From NCBI GenBank assembly GCA_013265495.1, contig MU058636.1, positions 6,049,741 to 6,113,740 of the forward strand: a DNA stretch of 64,000 nucleotides, in the 5' to 3' direction. The position numbers were made by a program, and so were the translations under genes. Positions 24,218 through 38,595 of this stretch are shown here, in pieces. The notes beneath the pieces are model-generated. The model saw nothing but the letters and a program-made list of their open reading frames with translations, was not told the DNA's origin and made no database searches. Source of the stretch: Vicugna vicugna (Eukaryota). Each line of letters begins with the position of its first letter. The stretch's first letter is position 1.

Positions 24218-25462
24218 CATGCTTTTTAACTGAAAAGTAGCTAGTAGACTAGAAAGCTATTTTTAGTCATTTCATCTGTATCTTTTTTTAATCAATTTGT
24301 CCTTCTGTTTTGTATATAAATAGGAAAGTGTCTCTGATATTGTGGTGGTAAGATTTGGGTGGTTTTGTATTAACTTTCTACTTTATCTTTTTAGTGTACT
24401 GTGATTTTTAAATAATGACTATATAATTACATAAAAACAATAAAGGTATTATTCTTAAAAGCAAAACAATTAGAAAGCAAATAAAAAGTCTAACAGCAAT
24501 AAGGGGAGAAGGAGACTACTGAAACATGGATAAACTGTTTTGCACTTTATGCTACTCTGGTGTTTGTGAAGTAGACACTTTGGAGATGTATGTTACATTT
24601 TTGATCGACAGAAAACTCTTCCTTACCTCTATCAAAGTAGAGTCCACACCATTAGATGGTCTTTTGTCATTAGAAAGATCATTTACAGACATGAGAAGCC
24701 AAAGAATATGTTCTAGGATTTAGGAAATGTGGAGAAGGAGGAGAAGATTGAGGTAGGAAAAAAGCAGTTAATAATAATAACATTATTCCAAATTATTGGA
24801 ACATATGAAATATGAAGTTGAAAGATACAGATCAGAGGGGAGATTTCGGAAGTTGGGACAAGACCCTCTTCAGTTCATCATATGAACAACTGGTTCTTGA
24901 AGTAAAAGAAAATTCAGGGGATTAAAAAAAAAACCCACATTCTAATTAGTATTTTCAGAGAGACACCACAGTTGTCAGTGGATTCGTCTTCTAATTTTGA
25001 GACGAAAAATATTGTTAACCACACCACATCTCTCTCGTAAATCCTCCCCCTATACCCACACACATACCATACATCCCCCCTGCCACTTTACCAGCCCTTC
25101 TCCCTTCCTTCAAAGGGTATATTTTCCTGTTGAGATTCTGATTTTTCTCCCTGTCATGTAATGCTGTAAGGAGCATTTCACATGAAGAGTTCTAAAACAT
25201 GACTTCTTTGGGTATCTTTATTGAGATTTTGGTCTGGCAGACACATTTTCTTCTCTTTAATTTTGTCTTCATAGATTTAAGGAAGATAGCTTTCTGTCTC
25301 CATTGAAGGCCTATGTACAAATGTATATAATATAATACTAAATTTTAAAACATTGAGTATATGTATATTATGTGCCAAGCATAGTGATACGTGCTTTATC
25401 TTTACTTTGTAGAAGTGGAAAATAGCCCTAGAAAGATTTAAACGACAGACGAACCAGCCCAG

Positions 25463-25769
25463 TGTGGCAGAAGCTACTAACACTTACTGACACCCATGTG
25501 CTCATGTGTGTTTCCCCAGCTTCCCCTGCAGTTAGCTTGGACAGGCTGTCCGAGGAAAGGTGACTAGTTCTGGCCAATGGTTACACATCCAAAAGTGCCC
25601 TCCATTCACGTGCTCCCTTCCCCTCCATCTGCCAGCTGGAGTCACTGGTAGGAGAGCTCCCCTACCTGCATTCTCTGTGATGACAGCGAGAAACACACTT
25701 GCACTTTGCTTAGCCCCTGAGATTTAGTTATATGTCACCAAAACGAAGTCAATGACTGTGACTAATGTA
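25463..25769 (+). mobile_element. MLT1J/I-like MaLR LTR splitting a reverse MIR (about 25340-25850)
   Basis: tgtggcaga...tttccccagcttcccctgcagttag...gtgactagttctggccaatgg...tgactaatgta; 5-bp flanks cccag/cccac. Confidence 0.75.
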
Positions 25770-27779
25770 CCCACTACCACACAGCTAGTATCTACTGAGA
25801 GTGCAGGGCTGGAACCTAGAACTCCTGGTTTCATTGTCTGTACTTTTAGAGAGAAGTGTCTTAAGTCAGGAAAGAGGAGATAAAGAGGAGAGGAAAGAGG
25901 GACTGACCTGCTGTGAAAACAAAGATAACCAGCCCCAATCTGGAATGGCAGTAAGTGCAGAGCTTAAGACAAAGCTGACTTGTCTCCTGCTCGCTGCTGT
26001 GTTAACACAGGCAGCTTATTTACCTGTTCTGAGCCTGGCTTGTCCTGCACCATGAAGACACCAAGCACAGTGTGTGGCATACGGCAGCTAATTTAGTTGT
26101 CAAGTATTGTTTATTATAATTATCTACCCCTACCCTTGATAAAATAAGAAGAAAATTAGTGATTACAGATATAAATATAAAAATATCACGCCTAGTAGAA
26201 TACATTGATGTTTGTTTTGTGGCAAATAAGAGAAGGTGTGAAAATTGTATGTGAAAATTAATATAAAAAAAGCATAATTGAGAGAAATAGGAACATTTTG
26301 TGTCTTTACCCGGGGCTGCATAAAGCCCTGTAATGTCCACACAAATTTAGATAATGTAATAAAATGAATGCATCTCACACTGGAATAATTGAGAGTCATT
26401 ATTTTCAAAAGCAATAGGGCAATTATCAAATGGGAAACCATCTTAAAATTATTCTGCTACCCTAGTGTAATATCAATAAGGAATTTATGAAACACAGCCT
26501 TTTTAGGTGGCACTGGACCATTTGAGAATGTGGCTGTCAGTGTGGAGGACTTTTTAAGAGAGGCTTTAAAGAATTAGAATTCCAGAGATGTATTCAAAAT
26601 GAACATTAATTACTCGGTATTCAACTTGATTACCTTATGTTCATAATAAGAAATGATTTGGAGTTCTGGAATACAAAGGTGCTTCATGAAATCTCATTTT
26701 ATTTTCTAACTAATCACAGTGAGCCTGAAGCAATTTTTTTTTTCCACTTATGTAACCTCTGCTTCCCTGACCTCCACTGCAGGGCTGCAGCATTTCATGG
26801 AGACGATGGAGAGAAGGTTACAGACGTGCTGTTGTGGGAAGCTTGGTCCTCAGGCTGCGTGGGTCTCAATCACAGAGGATGCTTGCCATGAGCAGCCTGT
26901 TCAGATGATATGGCTCCAAATTCTAACTGTGGCTTTTCTGAATGACTCTCTAGCTCAATTTATACAATCTACTCCCAGTGAACTTACTCTTGACATTCAG
27001 GGTTTGATGACTACGTCATCTGGGTCAAAAATGGGGACCCTTGAGTTGCCATGTGTATGTCCTTGTGAGAATAATGGACCACAGTACCTGAAATGCCATA
27101 ATCCTGGAATAGCTATAAATTAGTTTCCTTAGGGATGGGTAAGTTTTTCCTCCACATTCTCAACCCATGGGCTGTTGAGCTTGTGTTTATCTGTAGCAGG
27201 ACTTGGCCCTTAGTAAGTAGAACTGCTGCTTTCACCATCCGAGTGTCCTGGGCAGAACCTACTGGTTTCCAAGAAAGTGACACCTTGCAATATATGGTTT
27301 TGATGTTCATTATTATTTTGAAAATTTCTCAGTGTTAGATTCCTCATTTGTAAACTGTGTGCAGAAATAACAGTGACAGGGTCAAAATTTGCACACCATG
27401 TACTGGGAGTGCAAAAAATGTAGGTTCTCTGTTTTCCAAATCTAATTTATCTTGCTCTAGATCCTCCAATCTGTTGCTAAAAAACAAAAACGAAAACAAA
27501 AAAAAAACCAAATAACACTCCTCAAAACCCTGAACTTTCTTATTAATGATAAATTCATCTCTTCCAGACTCTAATGCTCTCCCGCTAACTCAGTCTCCCT
27601 TGGATAAATATTCAATCCATCCGAAACTTGAGCCCTCCAAAAGAGCATTTCCTCTGTTCCTCTTCTTTTGAGTTTTCCCCTCCCCTGTCTTCTTTACAAG
27701 GTACCACCTAGATGACAGGGAACATTTGTGTTCTCTGAGAGGCTGACTGTAGAAACAGTCAATAGCAAGACCACATAAT

Positions 27780-28960
27780 AAAAACGGAACCCTGACCCAC
27801 AAGCTACAGCAGCCCACCCGGGAAGCCGGCCCCTTGTCTGCGGTAAACAGCTCAGGACGCCAGCCTGGTGTAAGTCAGGCCTGCAGGAAGCCCGGTGGTT
27901 ACTCCTAGCGATAGTCAAGAAGCTAAACAACATCTTCTGTTAACAGTCCACCTAATTGGCCAGGACTTGATTTGCTTTTCTCGTTAATTAGTCTTGGTAT
28001 TTCCACAGCTCCCACAGCATCAGTGAGGAGTGACCAAGCGCGTGCTGGCCTTTCTGCCAGGCACCTACTGCCCTCCAGCTGAGACACTTGGATGTCTCTG
28101 GACATTGTTCTTTCCTCGTTGACTTTGCCCGTGAAGGGTCTGTGGCTGGTGAACCTGGAGGTCTGTGCACGTGGCACAGTAGGGGCTCCGTGGGTCCCAC
28201 CCGGGTCCCACCCACCCCACAGCAACGCGGGCCTCCCCCGGCTCTTTGGAGCGCAGGTCTCTGGAATCTTAGCGGAATACCCTCTCTAGCGCCCGTCCAG
28301 GCTGTGCGCCCCCGTCTCTGCTGTGGCGTCTCTCACCGCTCGCTTCAGTTTGGCTCCCAAGTCTCGGCTACCTCCCCACAAGCTGTCTCATCAGAGGACA
28401 CAGGGGCGTCCTCCCGCCCTCTCTCTCTGCACCGCTGTTTTATTCGGCCGTGCTCGCCCAGGTAGCTTGAGGGCACCCTGCTAAGCAGTTTCTAAACGGG
28501 AAGTGAGACAAGGTCTCCTGTACTTTTGCTGCCCTTTTGTACCGTCTGGGCTTCTTTCCTTTTCTTTTCCTCTGCTCTTGCTCCGAGGATCGGGTCCAGG
28601 GAGGCTGATGTCCTACTTTCCCCAGCCCCTGGCCGTGCTTCCCCGTCCTTTGTGGCTTGCAAACCTCTTTTCTCCCTTGCACAATGGGCCTGTGAAGCCC
28701 GCCCCACTGTGTTATAGCCTCATTTCCCAGCCTCGTGAACTTCTCACCTCTAGGTGGTTCATTTACTTCTCTTCCTTGGGGGCAATACGCCTGTGATTAG
28801 CGTTAATAGTGAAAGGACTGCAGAAAAATAAACCAGCCTGCAGGTAAGGGACGATAGCAGGAAACACTCCCCACTTCTGATTACTCCACAGTGCGGTAAT
28901 GATGATCAACTGCGCCAAAGTACAGGAAGTACTTTGTTTTCTAAAGGGAAGGCCGACGTG
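27780..28960. promoter_or_regulatory. CpG-enriched, repeat-free promoter-like region
   Basis: GC- and CpG-rich relative to flanks; several GGAAG ETS-like cores; plus-strand donors at 28462 and 28844 (CAG|GTAAGG). Confidence 0.6.
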
Positions 28961-31900
28961 AATTGTTGCTACTATATTTAAACCAGAGCTTAACAACTCG
29001 GTATTGTCATTAGAAGGGGTTTGTCTCTTTGCTTATTTGAAAAGGGTTTCTTTTTTGTCTGTTGTTCTTAAGGAGAAAGAGTTCAGTTTAAACCTTGACT
29101 TTTTTTCCTCTTTGCTGGTCAAAGGTGTGAATTTATATTGCTTTTCTTGAATTCAGTAGTTTCTCAGTATCATTTTGATTTTCACCAATAGAAATGAAAA
29201 ATGTGAATTCCAAAGATTTTCATGTGACTTTTTTTCTTCATAGGTTAGAGATAGGAGAAGTCCACAGGGTAGCCACAGGAAAGCTCATCTGCCAGCAGGC
29301 ACTGCTCTTCACAGGGTCTGAACTGGGGTTAAACCACAAGGACGCTAACTGTGCTTGCCCATAAATATACAGGAAAGGAAGAATATTTCAAAGTGCTTAA
29401 AGAGAGACCAGGAGAACACTCAAAACTGAATTTCTCCTAGTAGATGAGGACAATCTACGCTGATTTTGAATAAAAAGTAGAATTGATACTTACATAACAC
29501 TTTATAATTTAGTTTTTTTATTTGCTCTGTCTCATTTTAACAAATAAAAGTCTTCTAAGAGAAATATTATTATCATTCCCATTTTACAGATGAAGCCAGA
29601 CTCGTCCTGATTTGGTTGTATCTTGAATATGACTTTAGTTCATTGTGTTCTTTATTTAGCCAGTTCCCTTATTTTTCCACGTCTACATCCAAGGGAGAGG
29701 CCAACTCTGCTCTTTTTGAAATACAGAAGGTGGGAAAATTTCTTCTTGCACCTTGAAACGGTGCAGCTTGAGGCAGCTGAAGGGTGATGGGAATCACCCT
29801 TCACTGTCAAAGCTCACAACATGTGGAAAACTACTTTATAGCCAACATACCCACCAATAACCTCTATAAATAGGTAATTTGGGAACCGTGTTTCTATAGA
29901 GATGTAGTATTCGCAGGAACAGTTGTTACTTATGGCAGTGCAGACGTGTTAATGGCGGATTGGAGAAGTCACACCTGTGTCTAAGTGAGTTGCAGTTATG
30001 CTCTATCTTTTGTTTGCCAAGTTTCATTGCTGAGATTATATGTTCTTTGTGGATGAATTTATCATTACCACTTGAATCGTTTATTATTTACTGAATGCCT
30101 AAAATAGGCAAAGGGGTGATGTTTTGGTCGGGTTTTGCATAAAAGGAAGAAAACTGGTTTTGGGAGTGCGAGGTGAGAGGCTTTTCCAAGCACGAGGGTT
30201 GGTGTGGGAAAATCAGACATGGAGCTGGATTGCATGAAGCAAAAGAAAAAAGTGATTTTAAGTGAATGGTCACTGGGTAAGAAATGTCCTGCATAACGGA
30301 GCAGAAAAGGAAGGAGGTAGGAAGTAGTATGAGAAAGGAGTAAAGGAAAAGAGGGAGACCAAAGCAGGATGTGAGAGAGAGGATACCGTGAGACCATTCA
30401 TTTCCTCATTAAACAAGAACTAAAAATCTGTTACGAATCCGGGAACTCTGGGACGTGAATATCCTGAGGGGGAAACTGAGGCTCAGAAAGTTAAGTGAGT
30501 TCACACAGACAGTAAGTAACTGAATCGATTCCGAGGTCTGTGTTCTCTCTGCCATGCTCATGCTTCTGTACCCCACAGAGACCTTGTCTTTTCATTTTTC
30601 TCAGAGATTTTTACATTCCTGTATTGAAAATACGTTTAAAAAGAAGTAGATATATGGAGTCCTAGTGCTGGAGAGATTGAGAACACTGCTAAGCTAAACT
30701 TGGTTGGAAGGAAATCATTGCTGAGAATAACTTTTGGGTAATCATTTCATAATGTCTATGTACATCAGAGCATCACGTTGTACACTTTACATAGGTACAA
30801 TTATGTTTTTAAGTATTCTTCTATGAAGCCGGAAAAAAGAGAAGAGCTTTCAACACTGAGTGGTGCAGTGCTAGAAAGCAGGTTGGGATGTGCTGGGGGC
30901 AACTCTGAATGATCGAGCAAGACAGCAAGGAATGCTTGAGGAGCCTGATGATTATTTGACTGTTTTCTTCTCCTTTGATTCATGTGTAGATATGGAAGGC
31001 TTTTGAATAAATTTCTTACTGTCTGCATATTTTGATTGAATAATTATTTTATCTTCAATCATAAAGTGTGAAGATGGCTTATTAAACCACAAAGCTAAAG
31101 CTCGAAATTTTTATGAGATAACTCTTGACAAAATAGTATCTGAATAGACTGGAATCATTTTTTTTTTTTAAGTTCGTGAAAAGAAATGTCCTCCCAAAGA
31201 AACCGTTCTCAACCTTAGTGCAGTGTGTCAATCTGACAGATTAACAAAACACATCAAATCGTGTAACGCTGGAGATTTGGAAGTGCCAATTTGACCTTCA
31301 CAATAAATTGCCCAAAGAGATTTGGTGATTTTTAACTTAACAAGTGGATGTATTCTGTAATCTATAAATGATCTTCAACCAGAAGTCAACTTTCTATCTG
31401 AACTTCCTTAAGTAATTTTAAGTTCAAGGGCCTAACAGACAAATGAAATGGAAAGTCATTTGTCTAAATGAATCAGCTCCCAATTTCCCCTATATCTGAA
31501 CCATCATTTTTATAAATAAACAGAAGGTGTTGTCTGCTCATTTTACGTTATCTATTTGAATTTATATTGTCTATGACAGCCCTATGCTGGTTAGAGGCGC
31601 AGCTCAACTCCTTTGAATAAAAACGTGCCTTATGTATAGTGGCCCTCTTGCATACATGAACACTTAGAAATCACTGATCAATTATGATTATGGGCAATAA
31701 TGAAAATATGTAACATGTATTTCCAGGTAATTCTCCACATTTCATGTTTGGTTGCCCGTGTCTTTGTAACAGTAGTATAAGTTAACTAGATGTTGCAGAG
31801 GTCTTCTTGTTTTCAGATGCAAAATTTTCTTCAATGCATTACATACTTAATAAGTATCTTCTATGCACATATGCATCTCGAGGCTGAAAATCCATGAAAT

Positions 31901-32940
31901 ATTATTTGTAACTGCTTAGGGAAGATGTGCAGTCTCAATTAGGACATCCATGTAAAAGTAAACAAAGAGGTAATCACTCAAGCCAGTATATATTCACATG
32001 ACAAGCTGTACGAATCAGACAGCATGTGTCCAGGAGATCAGAGGAAGGGGAAGCCACATTGAATTCAAGTAATCTGTGAAGTGTGCCTTGAAGAATGCTG
32101 AGCAATGAACTTGGGACATAGTGATGGGCTTAATGAATATAGTTAAACGAGTGAATGAAGTAGGAATAGGGAGCAATGGTGGGAAGGGCATGAGCAGCCC
32201 CAGCAAGGGGCCTTCCTTTTGATGCTGACTGGGTGTCAGTGTGTGGATTTGCACTCCTCTCGGATCTTTATTTCTCCCAAAGGATTGCTCTGTCTGCTCT
32301 CTTACCTTATTTCCAACAAATTCACAAACCTCTCACCTCCTGCTCAAAGCCTCCAATTATCCCCATGGGTCTAGTGGTTTAACTGTTAGAAGTCATTTCC
32401 ATGTGTACTCCCTTCACTTCACAGGGACTGAACTTATAAAAAGCTATGATTATTTCAGCTCTACAGAGAAGGAGATTGGAATTCAGAGATGTCAGAAAGC
32501 TGGCTAGGAAGTCTATGCAGTCACTATGCCCACATTTCCAAATGGTTATCTTTTTAGTGGACGATAACAGGAAAAAAATGATCTATGTAGTGAAATAAGC
32601 TTGGGAAGCCCTGCATACCCTCACCTTTGTAGATTTTTATAAAGCGTGTTACCATGTTAATCTCTGAGAAACTCTGTCCTAAAGAAACCTCTTAAAGTTT
32701 GTTTAATGAATCATCTTCCTAGTTTATGATCACAGTCTTTTTTAATCCCATCATTAATTATCAGTATTTCCCAGAACAGCTGAGCATATATTCCAACTTT
32801 CTTCACCCCTAAACATGGCTCTAGAATCTCTTCAAATCCGAGCCTTCACCCTCTTCTCTTACCATTGTTTAAAATTGTAGACATCCTTGCCTTAATAATG
32901 CTCCCCCCACATGGTAATTTATGTGACTCCTTCTCCAGGA

Positions 32941-33407
32941 TATTATGGGCTGAATTGTGTCCTCTCCATAATTTATATGTTGAAGTCCTAACCCCCAGTG
33001 CCTCAGAATGTGACCTTATTTGAAAATAGGGTCATTACAGATGTAATTGGTAACATTAAGGTGAAGTCACACTGGAGTGAGGGGAGGTAACCCCTAATAT
33101 TCCTAGTATCCTTATTTAAAGGGGAAATTTGGACACAGAAGTGCAAACAGGGAGCCTGCCACGTGGAAATGAAGACAGAGGTTGGAGTGATGCTTTTCCA
33201 AGCCAAGAAGCGACAATAATTTCAGCAAAGCAATGTTAGGAGAGAGGCATGGAACAGATTGCCCCTCCTAGGCCCTGGAAGGAACCAACCCTGCCAACAC
33301 ATTGATCTCGGACTTCCTGCCTCCAGAACTGTGAGACAATTAATTTCAGTAATGTTTAATTCCACAATTTGAGGTACTTTGTTAAAGCAGCCTGAGGATA
33401 CTATACA
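32941..33407 (+). mobile_element. MLT1C-type MaLR solo LTR, full length
   Basis: tattatgggctgaattgtgtcc...cctcagaatgtgaccttatttgaaaatagggtc...cctccagaactgtgagacaat...ctataca; flanks cagga/caggg. Confidence 0.92.
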
Positions 33408-34349
33408 CAGGGCATGTCCCACACTCACGTCTCCAGAAGGTTTCCCTTGTCCTTTCTATTCCTCCGCTTTTAACTGCTGAATTCATTGACTTCCACAGCG
33501 AAACAGATTGCTCCAGCCTGCACTCCCGCAGCACTTTGTTTATTTCCTATTGGTTTGTAGCCCCCTTGGAAATGGTCTCATTCCTTTTTGTATTCAAAGC
33601 ACTGAAGAATGACCGTCACCCTTAGTTAGGCTCCCAGTGAATGTGTCCAAGAGAACAGCTGAACAATGAACGGGCGGTGGTGTTTGTTCTCCTGACTTGC
33701 TGTGCGTCACAAAGCAGGGGGGTGGTGATCACGCTGGCCCGGTCTGAGATGGCGCAAATAGCTCCTGATGGAGTAAGTCCAAGTGTAGGATAAAGTGCTC
33801 ATTAGCATCTCTCGACACCGCTTTTGCTAGAGGCTGGGATGAGATCAGCATGTTATGAGCGCATTATGATGTGGTCCTATTGCAGATGCCATTAGATCAA
33901 AGCATCTTAGCTCCCAGCATCTAGTTTTGATTTCATATTGACACGGGGGGGGGGAGGGGATAAAGCTGCATATTGCAGGGCAAATGCTTCATGGTTTTAA
34001 TTGGAACATTCAAGACTCTTAATACCTGCAAGGGTTCTAAAGTGAGGATACAGGAATTTTTAATTAGGACCTTTATCATGGATTTATTTCCTTCCCACCA
34101 AGATAGTGGGGAAATGCTGATTTTTCATAGTTATACTGAAAAGAAATTTATCAAAAATATATGTTAATTATCATTACTATATCAGAAATGGATTTTTGAT
34201 GACAACAATGAAGATTTATGTAAAATTGTGTCGTTATTTTACACTGATGTTCATGTCTATTTTGTTTTTGTGAAGTATATTTTGCCGAATTTGTGTAGTA
34301 AATTCACAAAACAAAGCATCCATTTTGGGGGGGGACTAAATTTTACTTG

Positions 34350-34459
34350 TAGGGTGACTGCCTGTCCTGGGTTTCCCAAAATGGTTCAGTTTAGCACTGA
34401 AAGTCCTGCATCCCAGGAAACCCTCATTTATGGGCAGTCTTGGACAGTTCGTTTCTCTA
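34350..34459. mobile_element. MER81-like hAT-Blackjack MITE
   Basis: tagggtgactgcctgtcctggg...tttagcactgaaagtcctgcatcccaggaaaccctca. Confidence 0.7.
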
Positions 34460-34989
34460 TATGCACCCCCAAATTTGAATTTATTTAGTTTGGTGGTGCT
34501 ACAGTTTCAATTCAAATATATTTGTACTTCCATTGCACTAAGCACTGTGAGAGACAGAGAGATGAAACGCAGACTTTACCCTTAAGCTTCAGATCTAGTG
34601 AGTGTAATGTAGGCCCATATGCTGAAAGTTGTAAGAAAGATACAGCACACCACTGGGCTTAGAAGGGAATAGCTTTCTGATTGCTGAACAAGGCCTGAGG
34701 AGGCTTTTAAAATTGACCTTGAAGGATACATAAACTTTTGAAAAGCAGATATTTGGTCTGGGGAAGGAAATACAAAATTGCTTTAATTCTGGGGATACAA
34801 TTTTTTTAAATTATTAATTGACTAATTAATCCAGTTCCTCCATCACCAAATTGTGAATCCCTTCAGAGATTCACATGGTATTTTATAATTATGGAAAATA
34901 ATACATCTTTAAAGATCGGTAAAATTCATCGATAAAATGGCTTGTCTCACTATATTTTCACTATATATAATGGCATGTGTGTATTCTTT

Positions 34990-35512
34990 TAAAAAAATTC
35001 TTAACTGTGGTAAAATTCACATAATATGAAGTTTTCCATCTTGACCATTTTCAAGCGTGCAATTCAGTGGCATTATGTAAACGCACATTGTAGTGCCACC
35101 ATCACCACCGTTCACCCACAGAACTCTCTGAAATTCTGTCCCCGTTAAATGGTAACTCCCCAGTTCCCACTCCCCGCAGCCTCTGGCGGCCACCAGTCTC
35201 TAGGAATTTGACTGCTCTAGGTACCTCCTGTGAGTGGAGTCATATAGTACTTGTCCCTTTGCGGTTAGCTTATTTCCAATAGCATTGTGTTCTCAAGGCT
35301 CACCCATATTGTAGCTTGTGCCAGAACTTCCTTCTTTTTCAAGGCTAATTGATATTACACTGTATGTATAGACCACATTTTGTTTATCTGCTCATCTGCT
35401 CATGGATATCGGGTGGCTTCCGCCTTTTGGTTGTTGTGAATAATTGTGTTATGAGCATAGTGTACAAATATCTCTTCGAGTACCTGCTTTCGATTCTTTG
35501 GGGTATATTCCC
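34990..35512 (-). mobile_element. L1MB-type 3' end
   Basis: ctgtggtaaaattcacataa...gaatttgactgctctaggtacctcctgtgagtggagtcatatagtacttgtccc...ctttggggtatattccca. Confidence 0.9.
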
Positions 35513-35589
35513 AAATATAATTTTTACTATTAACTTTATAATAGTAACTGATTAACGATCCAGCGTGCACCCGTGTTTAAGGTATTATC

Positions 35590-36179
35590 TCTTCAACACT
35601 CAGCTTTGCAATGCCGGGACTGTTTCTCCGCTGCCAGCTGACTCCTGGGAGGCCCCACCAACAGGGCCTTAGAGGGCACTGCAAGGCTGGAGGAGAGGAA
35701 GGGTCCCCCTGCCTTGTTCCCTGTTGACTGCCTATTCGCTTTCAGTCTTGTCAGCGACCCCCCAGCCTCCTTATTCCCTGGACTGCACTGTTCATTCTGA
35801 GCAGAAGTTGAATTCATTTTGCCACTTCCCCATCACTCACAGAACCAGCCTCATGAGTTCTCTCAGGGATTCCGGCCCAGCCCCAGGGACACTTCCTCCA
35901 AGGTCAGAGACTCCAGCATTATTCTTTTGCCTCCTTCCCAGAGGTTCCTCCGCAGGGCAGCTTCCAAGCATCTAAACATTTGTAAGTTCAGCCTCTTCCT
36001 TTTGTTCCTCCAGCCTCGGGGATGGGGGGGATACTCGCTTCCTGTAGTTGCTACTTCCTTGCTATGTTAGCATTCTCCTTCTTCCTTTTCAGTTGCTTAG
36101 TTAATAGTTCTTTATACTAAATTCTTTCCATTGAAATATCCAGCCCGTTTCTGTCTCTAGGAAGAACCCCAATGATACA
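35590..36179 (+). mobile_element. LTR33-family ERVL LTR
   Basis: gccagctgactcctgggaggccccaccaacagggccttagagggcactgcaaggctggaggag; ends tttctgtctc...tgataca. Confidence 0.7.
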
Positions 36180-36894
36180 TTATGTGGTATCTGATTCCCC
36201 TGATCCAGGTTTTCCTCTAGTTTTTATTTCTATTTTCTCCTAAATCCAGTTACTTTTGTATTTAGTGAGTGTGAGGAGTTTCCACTATTCTGGCCACATT
36301 CCATGTCATTTTAATTCATTTCTCGGAAATGCTTGTTGGTAACACAGAGGCTGTTTCCTGCATGAGTTTCAAGGAAATGTTTGACACCTTCTCTAGTGAA
36401 GTTCCTCTTGATTTCTGGAGCTGGAAGGTCTAGAACACCTGACTGTAGGTGGACCTAAGCTAATCCTGTTTAAGAGCTTCCTTTTGAAGATCGTTTGACT
36501 TTGCAGGAGGATGGGCGTCCAGAATGTCCCCTTAGAGACATTTAACAATGCTGGCTTTTTATAGTGCTCTTACTATCACTATTATTATTATTATTTTTAT
36601 CCAGATATAGCGGAGTTCTCTTAGAGTAGGAGTGTTTATACACCTTCATGTGTTTAGACACGTGCGCAGCACCTGACATTAGAACACAATCCTAGTTAAG
36701 GATTTCTTCCTAAACTAGACTCTTAAACTGGAAGGAAAACACTGCGCGCGATGAGCGCTGAGAACACCCACAGCGTTAGGCCCACTTCAGGGGCCCTTCA
36801 GCGCCCTGTGTCACTGATGCAGTTCAAGGCCGACTCACACTCAGCCCAGGGGTGGGCGCCTGCTGTGTTCGATGACTGTGCGATCAAACACTCT

Positions 36895-37480
36895 AGCACA
36901 ATAACAGCTTTCATCACCTAGCTTTGTACAGACCAGGCACTTCCAGTACATTTTTCATAGGCATTAATTATTGCTGTTTTTGTCCAACTCAGTATATATT
37001 ATCCCCATTCTTTACAAGGATATTAGGCTAAGAGTGGACTTGACTGAATATACAAAACTGGAGCCAGAGTAATTGCCACGCACTGAAGCCCTGTTCTTCC
37101 ACCTCTGACTCCTAAGCAGCACAAGTGGCCTCAAATAAACAGTTCTGATAGTAAGGGTTTTTAGATAAACAAATTGTAAATAAGCCTTTTGTAAAAACCA
37201 CAAAATTTATGGAGTAATATTTACATACAAATGTAGATGTATATATAAAAAGTGTAATACGCACATATATCAATCATATCTATAAGACAAAGTGTGTGTG
37301 TGTGTATAAATTTCCGGCATGCTAGGTTCCCTGGACTTGGTTGTATAACCTTGAACAAAGCAGTTCATTCTCTCCGTGTGAGTTTTCTCACCTGAGAAAT
37401 GGGGGTAAAAATGTCTGACTGGTTGAGTTGTTGTGATAATTAACTGAGTTGATCTTTGTAACTTTGCTGGCACAGGAATA
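36895..37480. mobile_element. Two MIR fragments in opposite orientation (about 36895-37115 minus, 37315-37480 plus)
   Basis: attatccccattctttacaagg (reverse) and accttgaacaaag...agttttctcacctgagaaatgggg (forward). Confidence 0.6.
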
Positions 37481-38079
37481 TATATGGCACCTCATATAAA
37501 TCCAGTAAGTACTGGTTCTCTCCCCTTCACTTCAGACTATCAGGGCACAAAAGACAATGGGATAAGATATGTGAATGTGGGCCACAAAGATTATCGCAAA
37601 TTTAATATGTTCTTATTATAAAGCTGGGTTATTCACTGACCCCAAAATGGAAGAAGTTAATTATTCTGAAAACCATGAGATGCAACTTTCAGTTATTCAG
37701 GATGATGAGGAAAAGGTTTAAATGGATAATCCAAAACAAAGGACTGTTGGTTAACAGAATGAGGAAATTAGACCACATTACATTTCTATATTATTGTCTT
37801 CTTAGACGCTGATAACCGCCAAGTAACACAGATTGTTTCCAGAGGGAGGACCACGGAGGAGAGTGAGCAGGGAGGTGAGGGCTCCTCAGCTGAAGCCCTT
37901 GGCTTTGCCCAGAGGTGACCTTCATTCAGCTTCCTCACACTGAGGGGTGAGCGGGGTACCTGAGTAGGCTGTTCTCTCGGGGGCTGCCCACGTAGGGGCT
38001 TCAGCGTAGCCTGCAGTCAGCCGGGCAGTTCTCACGAGATGCTCTCGCGGAGCCTGCTGTGCTGCTGGTCCGGGCGCTC

Positions 38080-38595
38080 TCAGGGTGTTCTGTTCTCTGC
38101 CTTTGCCCTGTGCTGCTCCGTATCGGACGCAGGGAACGCCATTTCCCAGATGCCCCTGCAGCTGGCTTCCAGGCTAGTTTTGGCCAATGGGAGGCACTGG
38201 AGAAGTCTGGAAGGTGGAAGGAGAGGGACAATGAGAGTATTTCTTCCCATTTCCCTCTGCCCCGGGTGGCTCTCCAGAGCTGGCAGCAGCTGCGTCTTCC
38301 TCACAGCTCCAACTCCTGCCAGTGGCACTTCTCTCTAGGCTCTCAGAGCCACCCTCGCCCGCGGTTCTGTCTCCTGCAGGCAGCCTGCTCCTGGTCCCTG
38401 GGAACACCACCCCCGCCTCTTGTCACTCCAACCTCAGGGTCACAAGGGTTTCTTGATGCTGCTATTCCAAGTTTTATCGCAGTCCCCTGTTTGCCTTTTC
38501 AACTTTTCATAGACTTTGTAATCAATTTCTTGTATTCAGTTCCCTTTGTTGAAGGACATGGAGAGGATCTGGTGTTCTGGCTGCATCCTGTGAAA
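38080..38595 (+). mobile_element. LTR33-family ERVL LTR
   Basis: catttcccagatgcccctgcagctggcttccaggctagttttggccaatgggaggcactggag...gagtatttcttccc. Confidence 0.75.

Noticed and set aside
28885..28970. Possible C/D snoRNA (ATGATGA near 28898)
   Set aside because: No CTGA D box or terminal stem at a suitable distance
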